Positions 19,643-30,710 of a stretch of DNA of 64,000 bases are shown here, piece after piece. Location of the stretch: the NCBI RefSeq assembly GCF_034111725.1, contig NZ_JAWUWR010000079.1, positions 640 to 64,639 of the forward strand, written 5' to 3'. Positions within the stretch are counted from its first letter, which is position 1. Every line of letters begins with the position of its first letter. This DNA comes from Thalassolituus sp. Its GTDB lineage: Bacteria; Pseudomonadota; Gammaproteobacteria; Pseudomonadales; Oceanobacteraceae. Below the pieces are notes generated by a model, which was given only the letters and a program-made list of their open reading frames with translations, was not told the origin of the DNA and ran no database searches. The position numbers and the translations under genes are program-made.

Positions 19643-21433
19643 TTAAAACCAGTTGTCTTGCATATCTAAACAAGTGCGATCAAAGCTCGTTAATAAATGC
19701 GCTTGATGTTCCACTTCTGGCAACTCCCACAAAATAAAATAGCGCGCGGCTTGGATTTTTCCGGCCATGAAATCGGTATCTTCTTTTGATTCAGAATTGC
19801 CAAAGGCTGATACAGCCTTTTCAGCCATTTCTAACCACAGCCAGGCGATAATGCACTTACCCATCATGTCGAGATATAGCGCAGAGTTGGCCAAGCCTTC
19901 TTTTACTTTTCCGCTTTGCAGTGCAGAGCCTAATGCCAGTGTGGTTTGCATTAGGGTGTTGATGTGTTTTTGATAGACCCCGACTAGTTCGCTTAGCTCG
20001 CTGTGTTTACCGGCAGCATGCATCGTTTTTTGAATACGTTTTAGCAATAGCTTTTGTCCTGCGCCGTTTTCTTGCCACAGTTTGCGACCTAATAGATCCA
20101 ACGATTGAATACCGTGTGTGCCTTCATGTATTGGATTTAACCGGTTATCGCGATAACACTGTTCAACAGGGTACTCACGGGTATAACCCGCACCACCTAA
20201 GACTTGAATCGCAAGATCATTGGCACGTGGGCCATAAAACGATGGAAAGGATTTCACTACCGGAGTAAGTAGATCTAGCAAGCGTCCGGCATCCTCATCG
20301 CTCCCAGCTTCTTGCTCATCGACTAAACGTGCTGCAAGCATACATAACGCCAGAGAGCCTTCTACATAGGATTTTTGCGCTAGCAGCATACGTCGTACGT
20401 CAGCGTGCTCGATAATATTGATCTGTTTACTTTGTGGGTCTTTCTCGTCAGGACGACGGCCTTGAGGACGATTTCGGGCGTAATCGAGTGATTCCATATA
20501 ACCGCGATAACCAATAGCCGCAGCGCCTAAACCAACCCCTATGCGAGCTGCGTTCATCATTTTGAACATGTAGCTCAGTCCTCGCCCAGCTTCACCGATT
20601 AGATAGCCGTGACAGTCATCTTTTTCGCCAAACGACAGTACCGTTGACGTGGTGCCACGATAGCCCATTTTGTGCAGTAAACCGGCCAATTGCACATCGT
20701 TGCGTTGGATGGGTTCTCCGGCCTCATTGGTGATGAATTTAGGCACCAAAAATAGCGAAATGCCTTTAACGCCTTGTGGCGCTCCCTGAATACGCGCAAT
20801 AACCAAATGTATAATGTTGTTGGTGATGTCTTGGTCGCCGCCAGAGATATACATCTTCTGGCCTTTAATACGATAGCTACCGTCCTCGTGAGGAATGGCT
20901 TTAGTGGTTAAATCGCCGAGTGATGAGCCGACGTCTGGCTCAGTTAACGCCATTGTACCGGCACTGCGGCCGTCGAACATTGCTGGTAGGTAGCGACTTT
21001 TTTGTTCGTCACTGCCAAAGGCATTGATTAAGTTGGCGGCCGCCATGGTTAAAAAAGGGTAGCCAGCGGTTGATGGGTTCGCGGCAGTGAAGTATGCCAT
21101 ACACGCGCTATGAACCAAGGCTGGCAGCTGCATGCCGCCATCGTCATAACAATGACGGGCAGACAATAATCCTGAATCAGCAAAATGTTGCCATGCAGTT
21201 TTTACTTCTGGAATGGTGGTAACGCGTTCACCATCAAACTGTGGCTCGTTGGCATCCGCCTTCGCGTTATGCGGTAAAAAGTAATCGGTAGCAATACGTT
21301 CGGCAGTGGTCAGCACGCTATCAAAAGTGGTGCGGTCGTGTTCTTGATAAGCAGGTAACTGGCAAAGTTCTTCGGCGTTGAATACGGTATTCAGTAAAAA
21401 ATCCATATCCTTCGAGCTAATAAGTTGCGGCAT
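19643..21433 (-). CDS. acyl-CoA dehydrogenase
   Basis: MALTEPDVGS, KMYISGG, KMGYRG, IHEGTHGIQ; ATG at 21433 has a GGAG RBS. Confidence 0.92.
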   Translation of the reverse strand: MPQLISSKDMDFLLNTVFNAEELCQLPAYQEHDRTTFDSVLTTAERIATDYFLPHNAKADANEPQFDGERVTTIPEVKTAWQHFADSGLLSARHCYDDGGMQLPALVHSACMAYFTAANPSTAGYPFLTMAAANLINAFGSDEQKSRYLPAMFDGRSAGTMALTEPDVGSSLGDLTTKAIPHEDGSYRIKGQKMYISGGDQDITNNIIHLVIARIQGAPQGVKGISLFLVPKFITNEAGEPIQRNDVQLAGLLHKMGYRGTTSTVLSFGEKDDCHGYLIGEAGRGLSYMFKMMNAARIGVGLGAAAIGYRGYMESLDYARNRPQGRRPDEKDPQSKQINIIEHADVRRMLLAQKSYVEGSLALCMLAARLVDEQEAGSDEDAGRLLDLLTPVVKSFPSFYGPRANDLAIQVLGGAGYTREYPVEQCYRDNRLNPIHEGTHGIQSLDLLGRKLWQENGAGQKLLLKRIQKTMHAAGKHSELSELVGVYQKHINTLMQTTLALGSALQSGKVKEGLANSALYLDMMGKCIIAWLWLEMAEKAVSAFGNSESKEDTDFMAGKIQAARYFILWELPEVEHQAHLLTSFDRTCLDMQDNWF

Positions 21434-21560
21434 GCGTGTTGCTCCCGATAAGCGTAAAGCCAAAAAGTCTGGCGTCTTGTCTCTTTTTACCAGTATCGGG
21501 CTTGTCATGCCGACTGGTAATTGTCAATATAGCCACAGATAAAGCCATTAGTGACAGATT

Positions 21561-22541
21561 ATGCAAAACATCGTCGTTGTAGGATTTCATAAAGCATTGG
21601 CATCGGCTATTACCGGTGTCGCTGACTTATTGGGCTTGGCCGGTGTTTCTTGGAATCGAATTCAAGGTGAAGAACCCGAGCGTTTATTTAATGTGCGTAT
21701 TGCCAGTCCTGATGGCGAGCCTATTCGTTGTATCAATGGCTTGATGCTTGGTGCACACATGAGCTACGACCAGATTACCTCCGCGGACGCTTTGATCGTG
21801 CCCTCCATTGGTGGTGTATTTGAAGAAGTGTTAGCGAATGCAGCCCCTACGTTGGAATTACTACGCCGCGCAGACCGCAATGGCTGGGTTATAGCGGGCA
21901 ATTGCACGGGTAACTTTCTGTTGGCCGAAGCCGGAATTCTCGATGGTCGCAGTGCGACGACACACTGGGGCTTTAAAGAACAATTCGAACAACGCTATCC
22001 TAAGGTTGATTTAAAAGCGGATCAGCTAATCACGCGCGATGCTCATATTTATTGTGCGGGTGGTGGCTTAGCTTGGTTCGATTTAGGTTTGCATATTATT
22101 GAGCGCACGGAAGGTTTTGAGGTCGCTATCCAAACTGCAAAGGCCTTCGTTATTGATTATCGCCGTGACAGCCAATTAACCTATTCATTGATGCGCTTAG
22201 CGAAACCGCATAAAGACGATCTAGTGAAAGACGTGCAGGCATGGTTGGATGAGCACTATTCTGAAACCGTGACCGTCGAGGCGCTTGCCGACCGGTTTAA
22301 TGTGTCCAAACGTACGATCATTCGTCGCTTTAACTCTGCCCTTGATATGCCGCCAAATACCTACGTGCAGTCGATCCGTATCGAGGCTGCGCAAAAGCTA
22401 TTAGAAGAAACTGAACGCACCGTTGATGTGGTCATGAATGATGTAGGCTACGATGATGCGAGTTCATTCAGGCGTTTGTTTCGCAAGAAAACTGGTCTTA
22501 CACCCACAGAGTATCGTCGCCGCTTTAGCCGCCGTTTTTAG
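21561..22541 (+). CDS. GlxA family transcriptional regulator (DJ-1/PfpI domain plus AraC HTH)
   Basis: CTG-x-FLLAEAG, ATTHW, C-terminal GYDDASSFRRLF..TGLTP AraC HTH. Confidence 0.9.
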   Translation: MQNIVVVGFHKALASAITGVADLLGLAGVSWNRIQGEEPERLFNVRIASPDGEPIRCINGLMLGAHMSYDQITSADALIVPSIGGVFEEVLANAAPTLELLRRADRNGWVIAGNCTGNFLLAEAGILDGRSATTHWGFKEQFEQRYPKVDLKADQLITRDAHIYCAGGGLAWFDLGLHIIERTEGFEVAIQTAKAFVIDYRRDSQLTYSLMRLAKPHKDDLVKDVQAWLDEHYSETVTVEALADRFNVSKRTIIRRFNSALDMPPNTYVQSIRIEAAQKLLEETERTVDVVMNDVGYDDASSFRRLFRKKTGLTPTEYRRRFSRRF

Positions 22542-22626
22542 TTTGAGTAGTCATGAAACGTATTCTTCAATGACCAATTAAGCATAAAACGGTATCCTGC
22601 CTCTCGAATTATTATGGGGCAGTGTA

Positions 22627-23289
22627 ATGAGTTTTTTACGACAGAACGCTGATTGGCTAAGCATGCTTTTTTTAGCCGCCATCTTTGTTGCTTTCCCGCA
22701 GATAGACTTAGCTATTAGCGCTACTTTCTATGATCCTGTTAGCCATTCTTGGCCATACGCTCATCATCCTGTTACGGATTCTATTTACGCCTTATTTCGT
22801 TATGCACCCCATGTAATCGTACCAACACTTTTGATCGTGATTGGCCTTACGTTTGTTAAAAGGGGAGTGGATGTTAGGCAGCGTCAGCCGTGGCTTTTTC
22901 TGTTACTGGTTCTACTTATTGGCCCAGGTATTATTGTTCATGGTGTGTTCAAAGAGGGTTTTGACCGCAGTCGCCCTAAAAATATTGAACAATTTGATGG
23001 CCCAAATACCTTCACCCCCGCATTTGTTATTTCCAATCATTGTTCAAAGGGCTGCAACTCATTCGTTAGCGGCCATTCGGCTATGGGCTTTTGGTTTATT
23101 GCCTTTGCGTGGGTGCTGCGTCGCCGCAGTTGGTTCTGGTTTGGGATAGCCGTTGGGGCGGTTGTTAGCGCGACGCGCATTGTTCAGGGAGGGCATTTCT
23201 TGAGTGATACGATATTTGCAGGCTACGTTTGTTACTTTACCTGCCGCGCGTTGGGATACTGGCTTCTAGGATTTAGCAGGCCAACATAA
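22627..23289 (+). CDS. PAP2 family membrane phosphatase (lipid A phosphatase-like)
   Basis: K-6x-RP, SFVSGH and RIVQGGHFLSD PAP2 motifs; several TM helices. Confidence 0.85.
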   Translation: MSFLRQNADWLSMLFLAAIFVAFPQIDLAISATFYDPVSHSWPYAHHPVTDSIYALFRYAPHVIVPTLLIVIGLTFVKRGVDVRQRQPWLFLLLVLLIGPGIIVHGVFKEGFDRSRPKNIEQFDGPNTFTPAFVISNHCSKGCNSFVSGHSAMGFWFIAFAWVLRRRSWFWFGIAVGAVVSATRIVQGGHFLSDTIFAGYVCYFTCRALGYWLLGFSRPT

Positions 23290-23422
23290 CGTTACAATGT
23301 CCTGACAAAAGTAACTCTTGGCGCAGGATGTTACTTTTATGGCCATTAAGGGCCTGTTTTACGGTATTGAGTTGGGTAGAATGTGAGAATAGGTTCTGAC
23401 ATAGGATCCTTATCTCCACTTT

Positions 23423-23449
23423 GCCCAGCGTCAGCTGGGTTTTTTATTT
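23423..23449 (+). terminator. plus-strand intrinsic terminator in the intergenic region
   Basis: GCCCAGC-gtca-GCTGGGT followed by TTTTTATTT. Confidence 0.7.
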
Positions 23450-23517
23450 GTGACACAGCTGCTGTGTTTTTGGGTGGCCACAGATGCAGCCACCTTTTCT
23501 GTTCGCTGAAATTGCGA

Positions 23518-24345
23518 TTACTGCGCTTCGATGCCGACCACCAACCAAGGTGAGTCGTCGCTGTTCAGATCTCGCTCTAAATGCCAAACATCGAAAATAC
23601 CATCTTCTGATTTTTCTAACTCGTCGCGGCAGCGTCCCTTAAATAAGATACTGATATGACGAATGCCATCGCTTTCTTCAGCGCGCACAATCTCAGCTTC
23701 AAGATCAAGTACTTCGGTCTTCGGTGGCACCATCAAACGATTACGCTGCGCAGCTAACGCGGAATAAAGGTCAGTGGCCACATATTCACGGATCAAATCA
23801 AGGTTGCCGTCATTCCATGCTTGCTGCACTAAGCGGTAGTGCTCTAGCGAACCATCAATAAAGCCACGAATATCGAAGTTCTCTGGCAGATCGATCGGAG
23901 CTTGGTGGCTATCATCTTGATGGTTATTGCCTTGAAAAGAAGACGCGCTGTTCGTGTCTGGTGTTTGATCAAAGTTCTGTCTTGCATGTCCGGCATGTGC
24001 TGGTTGCGGCCCGCGCATACCTTTTAACAAACGCATTATGACGAAGAAGGCACCTGCCAACAGTAAGATATCCATCAATTGAATGCCTTCAAATGCACCA
24101 CTGCCCAACAGGTAAGCGAATATGCCACCGGCAAGTAAACCACCCAGCATGCCACCCATAAGTCCGCCTTTACGAGCTGGCTGATTAGATGCAGGCTGCG
24201 AAGAGGGCTTTGCTGGTTGAGCGTTCTTGTAAGGTGTGCTGAATGTTTTGCCAAAGCCGCCACCGCCAAAGCGCTTAGCTTGAGCCTCCCCACTGACGCT
24301 GATTAAAAATATAAATGCAGAAAAAATGGTCAAAAAGGTCTTCAT
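23518..24345 (-). CDS. Tim44-like domain membrane protein
   Basis: signal peptide, AKRFGGGG, GGMLGGLLAGG, C-terminal W..ER...W.VVGIE Tim44 pattern; ATG 24345 after GAGG. Confidence 0.85.
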   Translation of the reverse strand: MKTFLTIFSAFIFLISVSGEAQAKRFGGGGFGKTFSTPYKNAQPAKPSSQPASNQPARKGGLMGGMLGGLLAGGIFAYLLGSGAFEGIQLMDILLLAGAFFVIMRLLKGMRGPQPAHAGHARQNFDQTPDTNSASSFQGNNHQDDSHQAPIDLPENFDIRGFIDGSLEHYRLVQQAWNDGNLDLIREYVATDLYSALAAQRNRLMVPPKTEVLDLEAEIVRAEESDGIRHISILFKGRCRDELEKSEDGIFDVWHLERDLNSDDSPWLVVGIEAQ

Positions 24346-24628
24346 ATTAGCCTCATCATTGAGCAGGGAGATAACCCTAGTTCTTGTATGGATAAATTCG
24401 TTGCTGCGGTTTTGCCGCATGTCAGTGCTTTGATGTTAACGCAAAAAAAGAATGAGTGTGCACTTGTTAATGTGTTCGAGTGTTAAATAGACGCTTTAGT
24501 TTCCCTCCGTTATTGATCGTCTGAGCTTGTTATGTCGAGCTGCCATTTCTCTATACCTTTTGATTTTTAATCAGTCGGTTTATCAATAACCTCGACGTAT
24601 ACTAGCGGTTTTATATTTAGGGTTTCTT

Positions 24629-25762
24629 ATGCGCTTGCAGTGGCACATATTCTGTCGAGTTGTTGATAATTTCGGCGATATCGGTGTGTGTTGGCGCTTA
24701 GCTCAGCAGCTCGTACGCGAGCACCAGCAAGTGCTGACCTTATGGGTTGACGATCTCAATAGCTTCAACGCGATCTGCCCTAATGCCTCCACCATAGCGG
24801 CAGAGCAAATCGTCAACGGAGTGCTCGTTAGGCATTGGCAAGAAATTATAGATGTTAGCTTAGCTACGCATGCAGATGTGGTTGTTGAAGCGTTTGCATG
24901 TGATTTGCCCGAAGCTTGGTTGGCGAGCATGGCGCAACGCGAACCGCAGCCGCAATGGCTTAATCTTGAGTACTTAAGCGCTGAAGCTTGGACCTTAGAT
25001 TGTCATCTAGGGTGTTCGCCATTAGCGGGTATGCAGCGGGTGTTTTTCTTTCCTGGCTTTGCGGCCGGAAGTGGCGGCGTTTTAATCGACAATGAATTAC
25101 TCGCGACAGCAGAGAAATTAAAATCTGCAACGACTCAGCAAACCTTCCTCGCCTCGCTGGGTGTCATTGAAGAAGGTTTATTTGAGCGCCGTATTTCTCT
25201 CTTTGCCTACGAAAATCCAGCGGTCGAAACACTGTTGACGGCGTTGGCTAACGATCTAACTACCAGTCACTTATTGGTGCCAACGGGTCGAGTGACTGCC
25301 GATGTAGAACGTTGGTTGGGCAGGGCATTGATAGAGGGCGTTTCGCTGCAGCGCGGATCGCTAACCATTACCGCTTTGCCTTTTATGTCGCAATTAGAGT
25401 ACGACGGCCTATTGGCGATCTGTGACTTTAACTGTGTTCGTGGCGAAGAATCCTTTGTGCGCTCTCAGGTGCTCGGAAAGCCAACGCTGTGGCACATTTA
25501 CCCTCAAGATGACAATGCTCATATCGACAAGCTAGAAGCGTTTTTAGAGGTGTATTTGGGTAATGTTGACGCAGATTTAGGAGGCCATATTTCAGCCTTG
25601 AGTTTGCATTGGAATCAGGTGCATAGCGCTAATGGTGATTGGCCAGCCGTGTTGCAACACCTGCCAATTTGGCAGCAACATGCCGAGGGCTGGCGACAAC
25701 ACCTTATGTCTAACGGTGACCTTGCATCAAATCTGGTGACGTACGTTAAAAACAGAGTATAG
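24629..25762 (+). CDS. earP: EF-P arginine rhamnosyltransferase EarP
   Basis: FCRVVDNFGDIGVCWRLA, WLNLEYLSAE, FFFPGF, VRGEESF, WHIYPQ; directly upstream of efp. Confidence 0.93.
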   Translation: MRLQWHIFCRVVDNFGDIGVCWRLAQQLVREHQQVLTLWVDDLNSFNAICPNASTIAAEQIVNGVLVRHWQEIIDVSLATHADVVVEAFACDLPEAWLASMAQREPQPQWLNLEYLSAEAWTLDCHLGCSPLAGMQRVFFFPGFAAGSGGVLIDNELLATAEKLKSATTQQTFLASLGVIEEGLFERRISLFAYENPAVETLLTALANDLTTSHLLVPTGRVTADVERWLGRALIEGVSLQRGSLTITALPFMSQLEYDGLLAICDFNCVRGEESFVRSQVLGKPTLWHIYPQDDNAHIDKLEAFLEVYLGNVDADLGGHISALSLHWNQVHSANGDWPAVLQHLPIWQQHAEGWRQHLMSNGDLASNLVTYVKNRV

Positions 25763-25794
25763 TGCTGGCGATTTTTCTTTAATCGGTAACCGCT

Positions 25795-26361
25795 ATGAAA
25801 ACTGCTCACGATTTTCGCATCGGACAAGTTCTGAGCCTGAATGGCCAAGCTTGGGTGATCTTGAAAACTGAATTCAACAAGTCGGGTCGTAACTCAGCTG
25901 TTGTAAAAATGAAATTGAAGAACTTGATTACTGGCGCTTCTCAAGAACCTGTTTTCAAGGCAGATGATAAGTTAGAGCCTATCATCCTAGAACGCAGCAA
26001 GGTGACTTACTCGTATTTCGCTGATCCTCTTTACGTCTTTATGGACGAAGAGTACAACCAAGTCGAAATGGAAAAAGAAAATCTAGGCGAAGCTTTACCA
26101 TACATCATCGATGGTATGACCGAAGTGTGTGAAGTGACCTTCTACGAAGGCAAAGCAATCAGCATTGAATTGCCAACCACTATCGTGCGTAAGGTTTCTT
26201 ACACTGAACCTTCAGCTCGTGGCGACACCAGCGGCAAGGTCATGAAATTGGCAACACTAGAAAACGGTACTGAAATTCAAGTCGCATCATTCATTGAGAT
26301 TGATGAAGACATCGAAATCGACACTCGTACGGGTGAATTCAAAGGCCGTGCTAAAAAATAA
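25795..26361 (+). CDS. efp: elongation factor P, Arg32 (EarP-modified) type
   Basis: KSGRNSA loop, [18 protein letters not shown]. Confidence 0.96.
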   Translation: MKTAHDFRIGQVLSLNGQAWVILKTEFNKSGRNSAVVKMKLKNLITGASQEPVFKADDKLEPIILERSKVTYSYFADPLYVFMDEEYNQVEMEKENLGEALPYIIDGMTEVCEVTFYEGKAISIELPTTIVRKVSYTEPSARGDTSGKVMKLATLENGTEIQVASFIEIDEDIEIDTRTGEFKGRAKK

Positions 26362-26380
26362 GCTCGCTTTTGTTTTGCCA

Positions 26381-26413
26381 TAAAAAAACGCCAGCCGATG
26401 CTGGCGTGTTTTA
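26381..26413. terminator. terminator between convergent efp and ureJ
   Basis: TAAAAAAACGCCAGC-cgat-GCTGGCGTGTTTTA. Confidence 0.8.
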
Positions 26414-26465
26414 TGTGAGCTTACTTGTCGTTTTAACGCTTAGGTAAAACGCGATTTCAGTAAAT

Positions 26466-27032
26466 TCAGGCAACACCCATCGCTAAACCAGCAACTGCAA
26501 TTCCAGCACCGGCGATGCGACGGCTCACATCCGCGGCTTTATTGTGGCCTAACATAGCTAAACCAAAACCAATGGCATGGAGTAGGGCTGTCGCCAGAAT
26601 GAAGCCAGCACCATAGGTGAATAGTGTGCTCATCATCGGCATTTCTGCACCGTGTGCTAAGCCATGAAATAGCGCGAATGTTCCTGCGACTGCTCCAGCA
26701 ATAACAGCCGAGCTGCGTACTTTGAATGCGATCATTGCACCGAATGCTACGACTGAAGCAATAATCATAAATTCGGTAATCGCCAAGCTAGTACTCACAC
26801 CAACAATGGCACCTACGGCCATCACGGCAACGAAGGTAACCGGCGTGGCCCAACGAGCAGCACCGACTTGTCGTGCCGACCAAAGGCCAACAGCGAGCAT
26901 AGCCAGTAGGTGATCCAAGCCCATAAATGGATGAGCAATACCGGCACTAAAGCCGCTAGTGCCATGACCCGTGTGGGCGAAAGCGGCGGCGGGTAGTAAC
27001 AGTGCAGCCGCAGTGATGATGATTTTTTTCAT
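26466..27032 (-). CDS. ureJ: HupE/UreJ family nickel-transport/urease accessory protein
   Basis: signal peptide then HTGH, HPFMGLDHLLAM, FHGLAHGAE. Confidence 0.9.
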   Translation of the reverse strand: MKKIIITAAALLLPAAAFAHTGHGTSGFSAGIAHPFMGLDHLLAMLAVGLWSARQVGAARWATPVTFVAVMAVGAIVGVSTSLAITEFMIIASVVAFGAMIAFKVRSSAVIAGAVAGTFALFHGLAHGAEMPMMSTLFTYGAGFILATALLHAIGFGLAMLGHNKAADVSRRIAGAGIAVAGLAMGVA

Positions 27033-27088
27033 ACATTTCTCCATTAGAATTTTTAGTAAATTCAAACTTGTTAAAATCAGCTTGGCGT

Positions 27089-27730
27089 TTAAACCACGGC
27101 TTTTGCAGGTGGTAATGTTTTTTGCTCTAACATGCCTTCGGTAATAATAAATTGGATAATGTCATCCAATCCTTCTGCCTTTTTCAAATTAGAGAAAACA
27201 AATGGACGCTCGCCGCGCATCTTTTTGGCATCACGATCCATTACGTCGAGTGAGGCACCAACCAGCGGCGCTAAATCAGTTTTATTAATCACCAATAAAT
27301 CCGAACGGGTAATACCTGGGCCACCTTTACGTGGGATTTTATCGCCAGCGGATACGTCAATAACGTAAATGGTCAGATCGGATAATTCTGGGCTGAAGGT
27401 CGCACTGAGGTTATCGCCACCGCTTTCGACGAAAACTAAATCCAAGTTTTCATGGCGCTTCATTAATTCATCAATGGCGGCCAAGTTCATCGAGGCATCT
27501 TCACGAATGGCGGTATGCGGGCAGCCACCGGTTTCAACCCCCATGATACGATCAGCCGACAGCGCTTCGTTGCGGGTTAAAAACTCGGCATCTTCTTTGG
27601 TGTAAATGTCATTGGTGACGACAGCAATATTGTAGTGATCGCGCAACGCGGTACAAAGTGAGCGTAACAAGGCTGTTTTCCCCGAGCCAACTGGGCCGCC
27701 AACACCAATGCGTAATGTTTGTTTTTTCAT
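27089..27730 (-). CDS. ureG: urease accessory GTPase UreG
   Basis: [24 protein letters not shown]. Confidence 0.96.
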   Translation of the reverse strand: MKKQTLRIGVGGPVGSGKTALLRSLCTALRDHYNIAVVTNDIYTKEDAEFLTRNEALSADRIMGVETGGCPHTAIREDASMNLAAIDELMKRHENLDLVFVESGGDNLSATFSPELSDLTIYVIDVSAGDKIPRKGGPGITRSDLLVINKTDLAPLVGASLDVMDRDAKKMRGERPFVFSNLKKAEGLDDIIQFIITEGMLEQKTLPPAKAVV

Positions 27731-27761
27731 TAAATAACTCTCCGTTGAATCTTACGCCCGT

Positions 27762-28472
27762 TCACGAGCGGAACAAGCGTGTGTATTGGGTTTCATGTCG
27801 TGCACTGGCAATCGCCAGTGCCGGTAACGAGCCGCCGATATCATCTTCATCTACCTGCATAGCCGTTGCTATCGTTGCGGGTATTAGGCGCTGTAAATCA
27901 CTTAATAATTGCTGCGCTTGGGTTTGCCCAAGCGGCACTAATTTAGTAGCCGCGGCGATTTGATTTTCTAACCAGCTCCATGCTAATCCGGTTGCCGCGG
28001 CATTAAATGGAATACCCCATTGCACCGCGGGTAGGGCATAGAGAGCGACATAACTAATGCCGCTTTCGCATTCTGCTACGGCGGCGGGTAAAGGTACTTC
28101 AATGGACTTTAATACTCGCACTAAGGCTTCGCCCATGGCGGTATCGGTAAGGCGCAGCTCGCGGGTTTCACGGCTGGCCAAAATTAAATCATTCCATTTT
28201 AACCACTCATTTTCATCGCCAGCGGCAATGGCGTGCATCGCACCGTGCAATATCGGCAAATCAATAAGAGCGATGGTTTCTTGCAATTGAATCGATAACC
28301 AATCGCGCGTCGCTTGCATGTTTGTGACCCAGCCACATTCCACCGCATATTCCAGACCTTGAGAAAACGCATAACCACCCACTGGCAGGCTCACACTCGA
28401 CAGCTGCAATAAACGCAGTAAAGCCGGTGTGCTTAATTCTTCAGTAGGCAGGTTAATGGAATTAGTGGTCAT
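27762..28472 (-). CDS. ureF: urease accessory protein UreF
   Basis: LPVGGYAFSQGLE, KLVPLGQ, C-terminal HETQYTRLFRS; start placed at ATG 28472 overlapping the ureE stop. Confidence 0.92.
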   Translation of the reverse strand: MTTNSINLPTEELSTPALLRLLQLSSVSLPVGGYAFSQGLEYAVECGWVTNMQATRDWLSIQLQETIALIDLPILHGAMHAIAAGDENEWLKWNDLILASRETRELRLTDTAMGEALVRVLKSIEVPLPAAVAECESGISYVALYALPAVQWGIPFNAAATGLAWSWLENQIAAATKLVPLGQTQAQQLLSDLQRLIPATIATAMQVDEDDIGGSLPALAIASARHETQYTRLFRS

Positions 28473-28971
28473 GGTGGTGGTGGCCCCCGTGATCATGACC
28501 GCCATGACTATCATCGTCGTGGCCACCATGATTGTGCGAATAGCCCGGCGCATAAGCACCCGATTCCGGCACAAATACCGCTTCTTCATGGCTAACAATT
28601 AAGCCCAATAAATGCAGCATATCTTCCAGTACATGATCCGGTTGAATGCGTAACCACCGGTCGCCGACTTCAACTTTTACATGACGGTTGCCAAGGTGGT
28701 AGCAGGCTTTGGCGAACGCTTGCCAATCATCGCAACTGGCGTGGGCAATGGCTTCTACGGCACCTTCGATTTTTATGATTTTGCCACAGGTGGCTTTTAA
28801 ATATTCGCCCACCAATAAGGATTTGCCGCGCTCTAAAAATAGGCGTACTTCTTCACCATCGGTACTGGTTAATTTTAACCGACCACGGTCGCGCTGTTCG
28901 TAAGTTAATACGACCGTTGCACTAACCGGATCATGACAATGAGTACCGAGGCGCTCGTAGACTTCCAGCAT
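28462..28971 (-). CDS. ureE: urease accessory nickel chaperone UreE
   Basis: YHLGNRH, PESGAY, His-rich C-terminal tail. Confidence 0.95.
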   Translation of the reverse strand: MLEVYERLGTHCHDPVSATVVLTYEQRDRGRLKLTSTDGEEVRLFLERGKSLLVGEYLKATCGKIIKIEGAVEAIAHASCDDWQAFAKACYHLGNRHVKVEVGDRWLRIQPDHVLEDMLHLLGLIVSHEEAVFVPESGAYAPGYSHNHGGHDDDSHGGHDHGGHHHHDH

Positions 28972-28985
28972 GAAGGCTGTCCTTT

Positions 28986-30710
28986 TTAAAATAAGTTGTA
29001 TAGCTGTGCCAGTGGTAGTTCGGTTGCTGGCTCACACGTCAGCAACTCGCCATCGGCACGTACTTCATAGGTTTGAGGATCAACCGTAATGGTTGGCATC
29101 CAATTGTTTAATACCATGTCGGATTTACGAATATTGCGCGTATTTTTGCACTCAGCCAGAGTACGGTGTAATCCGAGCTTAGTACCCACATCGTTCTTTA
29201 ATGCCGCGCCCGAAACAAAGGTTAAACTGGTGGCGGCGGCGGCACGTCCAAGCGCTCCAAACATCATGCGATAGTGCACGGGTTGTGGCGTTGGAATCGA
29301 GGCATTGGGATCGCCCATCGGCGCGGCTGCAATCATGCCGCCTTTGATAATCATCGATGGTTTAACCGCGAAGAAGGCCGGTTTCCACAAGACTAGATCC
29401 GCTAATTTACCTTTTTCGATAGAGCCAATTTCGTGCGACATACCATGGGCAATGGCCGGGTTAATGGTGTACTTAGAAATATAACGACGGGCGCGGAAGT
29501 TATCAGCGCCGAGTGTTTCGTCCTCAGGCAATAAACCGAATTGGGTTTTCATTTTATGCGCGGTTTGCCATGTGCGCGTAATGACTTCACCGACCCTTCC
29601 CATGGCTTGGGAATCGGACGAAATCATGCTGAAGGCACCACGGTCGTGGAATAAATCTTCGGCAGCGATGGTTTCTTTGCGAATGCGCGAATCTGCAAAG
29701 GCAACGTCTTCAGGAATGCTGCTATCAAGGTGGTGACACACCATTAGCATATCGAGATGTTCGTCTACCGTATTAGCGGTGTAAGGGCGTGTTGGGTTGG
29801 TTGAAGACGGCAATACGTTCGGGTAGCCACACGCGCGAATAATATCCGGAGCATGACCACCGCCAGCACCTTCGGTGTGATAGGTGTGAATAACGCGATC
29901 TTTAAATGCGCCAATGGTGTCGTCAACAAAACCCGATTCGTTCAAGGTGTCGGTATGGATCGCCACCTGCACATCGTATTTTTCTGCCACGCTTAAACAA
30001 CAATCAATCGATGCTGGGGTGGTGCCCCAATCTTCGTGCAGTTTTAAACCACAGGCACCGGCTTCGAGTTGTTCTTCTAGAGCGGCGGGTAGGCTGGCGT
30101 TACCTTTGCCGAGGAAACCAAAGTTCATCGGTAGGTCGTCGGTGGCTTGCAGCATTTTGCCGATATACCACGGGCCAGGTGTACAGGTCGTTGCGTTGGT
30201 GCCAGTGGCTGGGCCAGTACCACCACCTATCATAGTAGTGACGCCGCTCATTAAGGCTTCTTCGACTTGCTGTGGGCAAATAAAGTGAATATGGGCGTCG
30301 ATACCACCGGCGGTTAAAATTGAACCCTCACCGGCAATCACTTCAGTACCTGGGCCGATAATAATGTCGATATTATCTTGGATGTCGGGATTGCCGGCTT
30401 TACCGATGGCAAAGATGCGGCCATCTTTAATGCCGACATCACCTTTCACAATACCCCAGTGATCCAGCACCACGGCATTGGTAATGACTAAATCCACCGC
30501 GACGTCGTTGGTGTATTGGCTTTGGCCCATGCCATCACGAATGACTTTGCCGCCGCCGAATTTTACTTCGTCGCCGTAGGTGGTGAAGTCTTTTTCAATT
30601 TGAATAAAGAGTTCGGTGTCGCCTAAACGTACGCGGTCGCCCTTGGTCGGGCCAAACATTTGCGCGTATGAGGTGCGATCCATGGTTTTCTTGCTGGTAT
30701 CTTGGCTCAT
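28986..30710 (-). CDS. ureC: urease subunit alpha
   Basis: [40 protein letters not shown]. Confidence 0.98.
   Translation of the reverse strand: MSQDTSKKTMDRTSYAQMFGPTKGDRVRLGDTELFIQIEKDFTTYGDEVKFGGGKVIRDGMGQSQYTNDVAVDLVITNAVVLDHWGIVKGDVGIKDGRIFAIGKAGNPDIQDNIDIIIGPGTEVIAGEGSILTAGGIDAHIHFICPQQVEEALMSGVTTMIGGGTGPATGTNATTCTPGPWYIGKMLQATDDLPMNFGFLGKGNASLPAALEEQLEAGACGLKLHEDWGTTPASIDCCLSVAEKYDVQVAIHTDTLNESGFVDDTIGAFKDRVIHTYHTEGAGGGHAPDIIRACGYPNVLPSSTNPTRPYTANTVDEHLDMLMVCHHLDSSIPEDVAFADSRIRKETIAAEDLFHDRGAFSMISSDSQAMGRVGEVITRTWQTAHKMKTQFGLLPEDETLGADNFRARRYISKYTINPAIAHGMSHEIGSIEKGKLADLVLWKPAFFAVKPSMIIKGGMIAAAPMGDPNASIPTPQPVHYRMMFGALGRAAAATSLTFVSGAALKNDVGTKLGLHRTLAECKNTRNIRKSDMVLNNWMPTITVDPQTYEVRADGELLTCEPATELPLAQLYNLF

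Noticed and set aside
28473-28598. Long N-terminal extension of UreF in the ORF track
   Set aside because: It is the alternative-frame reading of the His-rich ureE tail; the real start is most likely ATG 28472
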